Positions 37,784-44,985 of a DNA stretch of 64,000 nucleotides are shown here, piece after piece. The stretch spans positions 4,114-68,113 of the forward strand of contig CAVOKF010000001.1 of NCBI GenBank assembly GCA_963696385.1, written 5' to 3'. This stretch comes from an uncultured delta proteobacterium. GTDB taxonomy: Bacteria > Myxococcota_A > Polyangia > Polyangiales > Polyangiaceae. Each line of letters starts with the position of its first letter. The first letter of the stretch is position 1. A program made the translations under genes and the position numbers. Under the pieces are notes generated by a model. The model did no database searches. It worked only from the letters and a program-made list of their open reading frames with translations, and had not been told where the DNA came from.

Positions 37784-38044
37784 ATGGAGAGCGTTGAGAT
37801 CATCGTCTCCGTGGCGCTTCCGAGTGCCGCTCTCGACCGCGAGCCTCCCGATGCGATCCAACGTCGGTTACGGTTGCTGTGGGCGCTGGATGAAATTCGG
37901 GCGGGGCGTCTCACCCGAGTGCCGGGCGCCCGGTGGCTCGGTCTTTCGCTTGATGACTTGCTGGCGGCGGCGGGTGAGCACGGCCTTGCCGCGTTCGACT
38001 ACGAAGCAGACGACTTTCGCTCCGAGCTCGCTTCGCTGACGTGA
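37784..38044 (+). CDS. UPF0175-family antitoxin-like protein
   Basis: An 86-aa protein with LWALDEIRAGRLTRVPGARWLGLSLDDLLAAAGEHGL, which is UPF0175-like. Its stop overlaps the GTG of the next ORF. Confidence 0.65.
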   Translation: MESVEIIVSVALPSAALDREPPDAIQRRLRLLWALDEIRAGRLTRVPGARWLGLSLDDLLAAAGEHGLAAFDYEADDFRSELASLT

Positions 38045-38125
38045 TCGTGGTCGCGGACACGACGCCTCTGCTCTATTTGTCGCGCATCGGCCGACTGAAT
38101 ATTGCGCAGGCGCTCGACGCGGTTC
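38041..38125 (+). pseudogene. DUF3368 (PIN-like) toxin gene truncated after about 28 codons
   Basis: VIVVADTTPLLYLSRIGRLNIAQAL matches a DUF3368 N-terminus. The frame then runs into the inverted-repeat arm at 38125 and loses similarity. Confidence 0.5.
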
Positions 38126-38131
38126 TGCTGG

Positions 38132-38198
38132 GGGGCTTTGCCCATAAAGGCCGCCTCGGCCCGTCTTTTACGGGCAGCGGGCGATCTTGCCCAGAAAG
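38132..38198 (+). repeat. Left 67-bp inverted-repeat arm of the island
   Basis: Matches the reverse complement of 44667-44733 at 65/67 positions. Confidence 0.9.
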
Positions 38199-38290
38199 TC
38201 GAGCGATGAACCGAAGCCGCCGATCTGATACGACCATTCTCTATGGCCGAGCCGCTATCGCCGGACAAGGACTGAGCGAGCGGAGTGCTA

Positions 38291-38686
38291 TCACTTCGAC
38301 TTACCGGAAGAACTTGGCTGATTTTTCGGCGAAGGAGGCCGGTCGCCGATGATCTCCTCAACTCGGTACAACTCTGACGGAAGGCACCGACCGCAGTTGC
38401 TCGTTACTGCCGCCTCGCGAGGGAAGCTAACGCCACCTCTATAGAAGTAGGTCGGCTTCGAAAGTCCGAGCACTCGGCCGGTATGGCTATTGGGGCCAAT
38501 GGCAAGACACGCTTCTTGCCGTTGCGTACCCGTACCAACGACGACGAGCCACCTATCCGATTGATCCGGATCGCCATCGCGCGCCGGCATCTTGCGTACA
38601 ACTATTGCCGGCCGATATTTGTCGGCTTGAACCCAAACGCAATCACCCGGCGCCAATGTCCGGGTCACCGAGCGGGGAGTACACAT
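38291..38686 (-). CDS. Possible PemK/MazF-fold toxin
   Basis: LAPGDCVWVQADKYRPAIVV..RWLVVVGTGTQ resembles the MazF/PemK pattern GDxxxVxF..RPxxVv..vvPxTs. The start is uncertain (ATG 38686, or a downstream GTG/TTG). Confidence 0.4.
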   Translation of the reverse strand: MCTPRSVTRTLAPGDCVWVQADKYRPAIVVRKMPARDGDPDQSDRWLVVVGTGTQRQEACLAIGPNSHTGRVLGLSKPTYFYRGGVSFPREAAVTSNCGRCLPSELYRVEEIIGDRPPSPKNQPSSSGKSK

Positions 38687-39401
38687 CCTTGCCGCTGGCG
38701 AAGGCTTCGCGGCGCCAGGTCTCGATCTCACCCTGATCGAAAGCGGGCTTCGTTGGTCCCTGCGCAGCCGCAATCAGGTTGGCAAGAAACTCGTTCACTC
38801 CGTCAGCGAGGTGGCGGGCGAGGGCTAGGGCGAGCCACGGTTCGAGCCTCTTCCCCAAGTTGACTGCTCTAAAGACCCCGATGGCTGCGACGATCGCCTT
38901 CGACAGCGCCAACATCGCGCGGCGCATCTCGAGCGGCGCATCGGTGTCGTAAAACATATCAACGGGCGTGTGCGTCGCACGCGCCATCTCGCTTGGTGAC
39001 GCTCGCTGAATCACCGGGACCATGGCCCTCGCAAACGAAGCCATGTGCTCCCACCCTCCGCAAAAAATCTTCATCGGCTCTTCGCCGAGCGTTCGGCGAA
39101 GAGGTGGGCTGAAGCGATCTAAAATCCAGTGACGACGACGCCGCGCCCGCTTGAGGGTCGCTTGGTTGGGCAACGACCTGACCCAGAACGACGGGTCGCA
39201 CGCGACCAGCTCCAATCGCTCCGACAAGTCGTCAACGCTTGACGCCTCCAGAACATTGTCCGCGAACGCATCGAAGTGGCACTGCAAGGCTCTCGCGGTC
39301 GCATTCGCCAAAGCACGGTCGTCCGGTCGCGGCTCGAAGAACCCCAAGAGCAGCGACAGCCCCAAGTTGTCTGCGGCAGCTACAGCGTTCATCGTCTGCA
39401 T
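38643..39401 (-). CDS. Hypothetical 252-aa protein whose 3' end overlaps the MazF-like ORF
   Basis: An open frame with helical-looking composition. No motif recognised. Confidence 0.5.
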   Translation of the reverse strand: MQTMNAVAAADNLGLSLLLGFFEPRPDDRALANATARALQCHFDAFADNVLEASSVDDLSERLELVACDPSFWVRSLPNQATLKRARRRRHWILDRFSPPLRRTLGEEPMKIFCGGWEHMASFARAMVPVIQRASPSEMARATHTPVDMFYDTDAPLEMRRAMLALSKAIVAAIGVFRAVNLGKRLEPWLALALARHLADGVNEFLANLIAAAQGPTKPAFDQGEIETWRREAFASGKDVYSPLGDPDIGAG

Positions 39402-39776
39402 CCGAAGTTCACGTCGTCGTGACCCACCTCAATCATGCGTCCCGCCCGTCGATCGAAGCCGGTGCATGGCGAGCGGAACGACCAGCGACGCACTCGTAAA
39501 TTTTGCCATCGCCATCGCGATTGTCGAGGGCACCGGAACGTACACGCGGTTGGCCGTTGCTATCAAGCGTTACAGAATAGAGCCACTTTCGCTCAGTGCT
39601 ACGCCGCGTGCCGCTATATGACCTACGCTTGACGTTACGAATCGGCGCGACGAAAAATGTAAGCCGCAGCGTCCTACACCGCACCGTGGCGGGAACTCAG
39701 CCGGATTTTGTCTACATTGTGGGCGTCCACTAATCATTAGGCTGGACGTCCACTGGTCATACGCCGGTCATACGCG

Positions 39777-40050
39777 ATTTATGGGCATCGCATCGATTTT
39801 ACGGGCAGGTCGCGTTTTATAGGCAAAGCCCCCCAGCAGGAGACGAGACGGGTACCCGTGTTGATGCGATCACCCGCGACACCCTGAGCGTTCGCTCCGC
39901 CTCGACTCGCTTCGCTCGCTCCGCTCCGCTCCCGCCGTACCACCGGGGCTCACGTCGAGGGGAGCGAAGGCCGCTCCCCTCGAGCTCCCCAGCAGGGCTT
40001 TGCCTATAAAACGCGGCCTGCCCAGAAAAGCGGCAAGCTGCCCAGAAAAA
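39777..40050. repeat. Internal tip-to-tip pair of island-end-like repeats separated by REP-like copy B (39831-39996)
   Basis: The reverse complement of 39777-39834 aligns with 39995-40050. Both have the tip GGCTTTGCCTATAAAACGCG, then TGCCC(GT/AG)AAAA and TGCCCA(T/G)AAA at equal spacing. Confidence 0.8.
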
Positions 40051-40361
40051 GGCGTCGGCCGCGCCGTGTCGATAATCGACAGCAGTAGCGTGTATTGTCG
40101 GACGATGACGCTAAGTGCAACATCGCATCTAGATGTCGGAATAGTTCAATATTTCTGCGGTAAGATGTCGTAGCCATCAATTGCTGCACAATTGATCGCC
40201 AACTTTCCGCCTACGCGAAATGGCTCAGCTCGGGGTGGTTCGCGAAACCAGGATCACGCGTGGTCATTGGCGATGTTTGAAGCTCCTGTCGTTCCTGATA
40301 GTTGCAGCTCGTCCGATCAAATCTGTGGCGCATGCGTCGATGATAGCTTATTCCATGGACC

Positions 40362-40955
40362 ATGCGATACGAGGTCCTGACAAGAGACGGTGTCCGTATA
40401 GTGGCGTCGTCTCCAGCCGATGCCGTTGCGTTGGCGAAGGCCGTAGCAGAGGACGAGGCGGCTTCGCAGAAGAAGGCGCGCCGAGCCGTTAGTGGCTCGG
40501 CCAATGGCCACGCGCCGACCGCACCACCGGCTAACCTTTTCGAGAACGAGGACACTGAGGAGTTGAACAGCCTTGGTGCCTCCTCCGAGGTCAAGCAATA
40601 CTGGACGAAGCTAAACTTGGCCCAGCGTATGGCGCTGCGTTCGATCATAAGATCTCCGAACGGCGTCGCACTGGAGGAGATTCGTTCCGCAGCCGACCTT
40701 GCGTCTACCCGCGAGACTTCTGTCTTGTTGAGCCAGTGCGCCAGAGTAGCCGGCAAATGTGGGATTAAGCTGGTCCGATCTGGCCACGTTCGAGATCCGC
40801 GGTGCGCGCGAGCAGCGCACATCCGTCTACTTTCCAGGACCCCTACTTCGCCGGCCGGAGGAAGCACCGACATAGGCCACCAATCCGCCAGTGGCGGAAT
40901 TCAGACAAAGAAAAGCCGCGACAACATTAGAGTTTGCGGGCCGGTGGCGAAGTAG
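40362..40955 (+). CDS. Hypothetical protein (197 aa)
   Basis: An ORF in the low-G+C region. No motif recognised. Confidence 0.4.
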   Translation: MRYEVLTRDGVRIVASSPADAVALAKAVAEDEAASQKKARRAVSGSANGHAPTAPPANLFENEDTEELNSLGASSEVKQYWTKLNLAQRMALRSIIRSPNGVALEEIRSAADLASTRETSVLLSQCARVAGKCGIKLVRSGHVRDPRCARAAHIRLLSRTPTSPAGGSTDIGHQSASGGIQTKKSRDNIRVCGPVAK

Positions 40956-41236
40956 GAACGCGTCGGAGCTGCCACTCCGATACGAATCGGTGCGATCCCG
41001 ATCCGGCCCTTTTCACTCAGTTATCGCGGCTTTACGGCCCGGACGGGGTACGGCCGAGACGTTTCGCAGCAGAACGCCTTGTTTCGTAGCACGCCCTCCG
41101 CACGGGCGCTCGAAAACCGCGTGCGTGCGGAGAGGAAAGGTGTGTTGTGCGGTCACATGACCGAACGTTATTACGGATAAGTTGAGATCCAAGATGTAAT
41201 CCGGCCCGGTTCGGCGAAAGCCTTGAGCCGGGCGGT

Positions 41237-41431
41237 TCACTTGTCTGCCTTTCGCTCTGCTTTGGCGGCGCGGATCAGGCGCTCGACAGCCCACGCGCTG
41301 ACAGTGATGCCCGCCGACGAGGCAGCTTCCTTGACGAGCGCGTCTTGGTCCGGCGTCAGCCGAACGCGAAGGAAGACGGTACGCCTTGCCTCGTCTGGCT
41401 TTCGCCGTTCGATCGCCTTGGACTTCGCCAG
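41237..41431 (-). CDS. Ribbon-helix-helix protein (DUF1778/CopG-like) lacking a canonical start codon
   Basis: My translation is (CTG)AKSKAIERRKPDEARRTVFLRVRLTPDQDALVKEAASSAGITVSAWAVERLIRAAKAERKADK*. There is no ATG, GTG or TTG in frame back to the upstream stop at 41480-41482. Confidence 0.45.
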   Translation of the reverse strand: MAKSKAIERRKPDEARRTVFLRVRLTPDQDALVKEAASSAGITVSAWAVERLIRAAKAERKADK

Positions 41432-42578
41432 AGCGGCGCGGCTGACGGTTACGTCGTGGACGTCGCGGTCGGCAAGTGCTCATGCCCCGACCACGAGACG
41501 CGGGCGGTCAAGTGCAAGCACCAATGGGCCGTGGAGTTCGTTCAGAAGCAGACGACGATCGAGACGATGACGAACGCGGATGGTACGTCGACGGTCCGCG
41601 AGACGACGCGCGAGGTGCGGGTGAAGTACACCCAGAATTGGCCAGCGTATAACGCAGCCCAGACGACCGAGAAGGAACACGTCGGCCGGCTTCTGCGCGC
41701 GCTTTGTGATGGCATCCAAGAGCCACCGCAGGCGCGTGGTCGCCCTCGTCTGCCGCTCGCCGACGTCGTCCACGCCGCCGCGATGAAAGTCTACGTTGGC
41801 ATGTCCGGTCGGCGCGCCTCGACAGACGTCCGGGAATGCGCGGAGAAGGGCTTGATCGCGCACGCCCCGCATTACAACGCCGTGTTTTCGTATCTCGAAC
41901 GCGCCGAACTTTTCCCGCTTCTCAAGACGCTAGTGGAAGAGAGCGCGTCGCCGCTCAAAGTGGCAGAGCGGAGCTTCGCCGTCGATTCGACGGGCTTCGC
42001 GACGAGCACGTATGCGCGATGGTTCGATCACAAGTGCGGGCGCGAGATCAAGGAGCAACGCTGGATCAAGTGCCACGCGATGGTCGGCGTCGCCACGAAC
42101 GTCGTAACGAGCATTGAAGTGACTGACGGCGCTTCCGCCGATTGCCCGCAGCTGCCGAGGCTCGTCGCCGCGACGGCGCGGAACTTCACAATCGCGGAAT
42201 GTGAGCGCCGACAAAGCGTATCTCGCGCGAGCCAACATCGACGCGATCGAAGCTGTCGGCGCCGTGCCTTACATCCCGTTCAAATCGAACTCGAAGGGCG
42301 ACGGTCCCGCAGCGTGGCGCCGAATGTTCGCGCTCTTCACGCTCGAGCGTGAGCGCTTCCTATCGCGCTATCACGCTCGGTCGAACGTCGAGACGTCGTT
42401 CTCAGCGATCAAGCGGCTCTTCGGCGGCGCGGTGCGCGCGAAACTCCCGACGTCGCAGAAGAACGAGGTGCTTCTGAAGTGCCTCGTGTTCAACCTGACG
42501 TGCCTCGTCCACGCGATGCACGAGCTTGGGATCGAACCGACGTTCGGGCCAATCGAGAACGCGAGGTTAGCGTCGTGA
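41345..42578 (+). mobile_element. IS4/IS5-superfamily DDE transposase gene with an N-terminal SWIM zinc finger, frameshifted near 42200
   Basis: The SWIM motif is CSCPDHETRAVKCKH. The DDE context is AVDSTGF .. SADKAYL .. YHARSNVETSFSAIK (Y-2-R-3-E-6-K signature). ORF 41345..42352 and ORF 42201..42578 join as ..NFTIAE/VSADKAY.. only after a 1-nt shift. Confidence 0.7.
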
Positions 42579-42886
42579 GCGACCTGACGGAGGATCAGCA
42601 GGAGAACGTCCGCGCCGCGCTCCGATTCTTTCGGACGCGATCGGGAAGCTGGGAGCCCATCGGCCGCGCGCTCGGGTTCGGAAAGATGACGCTTTCGCTC
42701 GTCGCGAGCGGAAACAAGCCCGTCAGCCCGAAGATGGCGTTCCGCGTGGCGAAGCTGGCAGGCGTCGGCGTGGATGACGTGCTCGCCGGGGAGTTCCCAG
42801 CGCCAGGGACGTGCCCGATGTGCGGGTATCACAGAATCAAGGGCGCCGAAGATTTTGGCGGAGCGTTGATCCACGTCGAGACGTAG
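42576..42886 (+). CDS. XRE/Cro-like helix-turn-helix protein with a C-terminal CxxC
   Basis: A GTG at 42576 overlaps the transposase stop. The HTH-like stretch is IGRALGFGKMTLSLVASGNKPVSPKMAFRVAKLAGVGVDDVLAG. Confidence 0.5.
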
Positions 42887-42888
42887 CG

Positions 42889-43431
42889 TTAGTTCGACAC
42901 CGCACCGCTACCCGGATCAGTGGGCGTGATGGACACGTTTTTAGTGAATTCGCTGATGATTTTGTATTTGCTCTGCAGGCGCCACAATGCGATTCGCGCA
43001 ACCGCATAGTAGCTCGACATGAGAAGGACGCAGAGAACGATGGGCCCAGTAGCCATCGCAAGCACGATCAAGGTCCACGTCCATGGGGCCAACCGCGAGC
43101 ACTCCCTCTCGCCGTTGACGGCCGCGCATACCAAGAGCAGGATCAGACCGATCACGCATATGACAGCCAATACGAGACATGTCCGCTGGCACCACGACGT
43201 GCGCCGCTCCAGTTTCGCTGGCACCACTGCAATCTTCGCGGTCTCATTCTGAATGGCCGCCGAGTCGCTCGTGAATCGGTCAAGCACGATGGCCCTCAGA
43301 CCATCGGCCGTGGCGACGAGGGAGGCCCTCACGCGAGCCGTAATAAAGCCTCTATAATGCTCCAAAATTCCGAACGCAAAATTGACCGCGATACCCGCAT
43401 CCGCGAGGTGGGTCAGAGATTCGATTCGCAC
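42889..43431 (-). CDS. Two-TM membrane protein, function unknown
   Basis: GTG start with a GAAGG RBS. An N-terminal soluble region of about 85 aa is followed by the TM segments CLVLAVICVIGLILLLVCAAV and WTLIVLAMATGPIVLCVLLM. Confidence 0.55.
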   Translation of the reverse strand: MRIESLTHLADAGIAVNFAFGILEHYRGFITARVRASLVATADGLRAIVLDRFTSDSAAIQNETAKIAVVPAKLERRTSWCQRTCLVLAVICVIGLILLLVCAAVNGERECSRLAPWTWTLIVLAMATGPIVLCVLLMSSYYAVARIALWRLQSKYKIISEFTKNVSITPTDPGSGAVSN

Positions 43432-43478
43432 CCTTCGTCTGCCCCCTCTCGTATGCCAGGGCGTAGCCCGTGCGTGAA

Positions 43479-44084
43479 CTAGATGGCTCCGGCAACCGGC
43501 AGCATAGCTGGATGTGCCATTACAAACGCGCGGTCGAATGTAGAAGCAAGTTCGGACGCCACGCGGGGCTCGTTGAAGTTTGCGATTGCGGACGTGCTCG
43601 AATGATCGGTCTCGAATCTGTACCCGACGCTGTCCATGACAGCGATGTGCTTCGCCGCGTTCGTAGCATATGCGCCACGCGCGAATCGAACGAGCAAGCC
43701 TGTGGATCCGCCATGCAAACTGGTCGCCGCCTTGATTAGCGGGCGCTCCAAGAGATCGGCTAGCGTGTTCTGGATGAGAATCTTCAGCGTTGCGCCAGGC
43801 TTCCTTAGAAATCGCGTGGCCGCCTCAATGAGAAACGGCGCGTTGTACGTGCTTGGCGACAGCGAGCCCGTGAAGATGCGCATGTCAGATGTTGCGCGTT
43901 CGAACATTGCTTCCAGCAGGATGGCCGCATGGATTGGCTTCCCGTTCGGGATGCGTTGGTCGATCTGACCCGTTGCGAGTTTGAAGATCAGCTTTCGGTA
44001 CTCGATGACCTCTGGCGCTTGTAGAGCCTGCGCCATCTCAGCCAGTTCGCGCCGAACCTCCGATGGATCTCGTTCGTGCGCCAT
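43479..44084 (-). CDS. Hypothetical cytoplasmic protein (201 aa from the ATG at 44084)
   Basis: A GGGAG RBS lies 5 nt upstream of the ATG at 44084. The gene is 47 nt upstream of the 2-TM gene. No motif recognised. Confidence 0.55.
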   Translation of the reverse strand: MAHERDPSEVRRELAEMAQALQAPEVIEYRKLIFKLATGQIDQRIPNGKPIHAAILLEAMFERATSDMRIFTGSLSPSTYNAPFLIEAATRFLRKPGATLKILIQNTLADLLERPLIKAATSLHGGSTGLLVRFARGAYATNAAKHIAVMDSVGYRFETDHSSTSAIANFNEPRVASELASTFDRAFVMAHPAMLPVAGAI

Positions 44085-44388
44085 TGCTCCCAATCCTCTC
44101 TGCGTCCGCCGATCGCGAACGGTTTGCTTATACCATGCCATACGGCCGTCAAGATGCCCCCAAGAAGGGGGCCCATCGCGCGTAGCAATGTTCGAGCGCA
44201 CTTAGCTGAAAAGGCCAAGTAATTGAACATTTTACGCGCATAGATCGCAATCGCATCCTTCTGGATGCTGAGGCGCCCGGCGCGCCCGGCCGCGCGAGGT
44301 CATCCGGACCAACGGCGCGCCAAAGAAGGCTGGGTAGCGACCCGATCCGCGACGAGGTTCGTGATCGGCCACTTCTGAAATTGCTCAG

Positions 44389-44586
44389 TCACGGACCTGG
44401 AAGGCGACGGTCGATCTCGTCGGCAAACTCCTTCAGCTTGCCCTGGACGATCGGGTTCGTATGGTCATCCTTCATCTTGTCTAGCTGACAATGCATCCGC
44501 AGCGACATGAAGCCGGCCAGCAGATCGCTCGTCTTGAACGTCCGAGGGTCCCACGCGGATATCGTCTTCTTGTATTCTTCGCTCAT
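44389..44586 (-). CDS. Small hypothetical protein (65 aa)
   Basis: An ORF with ordinary composition and a weak RBS. Confidence 0.3.
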   Translation of the reverse strand: MSEEYKKTISAWDPRTFKTSDLLAGFMSLRMHCQLDKMKDDHTNPIVQGKLKEFADEIDRRLPGP

Positions 44587-44666
44587 CGTGCGAGCGTACC
44601 CGTGGGAATGATTTCGGCCTCCTCCACCGGCAGCATCTGCCGCGAATCGCTCCTCGGTCGATCAGC

Positions 44667-44733
44667 CTTTCTGGGCAAAATCGCCCGCTGCCCGTAAAAG
44701 ACGGGCGGAGGCGGCCTTTATGGGCAAAGCCCC
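44667..44733 (-). repeat. Right 67-bp inverted-repeat arm of the island
   Basis: Its reverse complement matches 38132-38198 at 65/67 positions. Confidence 0.9.
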
Positions 44734-44985
44734 TGCTGGGCCTGCTGGGGAGCTCGAGGGGAGCGGCATTCGCTCCCCTCGACGTGTAGCGGGCCCCGGT
44801 ACGGCGGGAGCGGAGCCGAGCGAGCGAAGCGAGTCGAGGCGGAGCGAACGCTCAGGGTGTCGCGGGTGATCGCAAGGCCGTGCGAACGCTCAGGGTGTCG
44901 CGGGTGATCGCAAGGCCGTGCGAACGCTCAGGGTGTCGCGGGTGATCGCAAGGCCGTGCGAACGCTCAGGGTGAGCCGGGTGACC
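44734..44985 (-). repeat. REP/MITE-like repeat, copy C (inverted relative to copy A), with a 38-bp sub-repeat array
   Basis: gggtgatcgcaaggccgtgcgaacgctcagggtgtcgc starts at 44864, 44902 and 44940, a period of 38. The core is homologous to copy A, including the cgaggggagcg/cgctcccctcg hairpin. Confidence 0.85.

Larger units (their letters stand above)
38125..44739. mobile_element. Low-G+C accessory island bounded by inverted repeats; a putative non-autonomous or decayed transposable element, or a pair of elements
   Basis: 67-bp terminal inverted repeats, a compositional break, truncation of a flanking gene, and an internal decayed transposase. No integrase or intact transposase was seen. Confidence 0.45.

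Noticed and set aside
38132-38198. Tn3-family terminal repeat, because the arm starts with GGGG.
   Set aside because: There is no large (~1000-aa) TnpA or resolvase in the island. Beyond the GGGG the arm does not resemble the Tn3-family consensus as I remember it, and it is 67 bp rather than about 38 bp.
42195-42205. Programmed ribosomal frameshift in the transposase.
   Set aside because: There is no slippery heptamer or A-run at the junction (..atcgcggaatgtgagcgcc..). The two frames join only by a 1-nt shift within a conserved block, which looks mutational.
44826-44985. The 38-bp tandem repeat array, and the 31-bp array at 55492-55601, as possible CRISPR arrays.
   Set aside because: The units are directly abutting with no unique spacers. 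No cas genes are nearby. The 38-bp units are part of a larger dispersed repeat.
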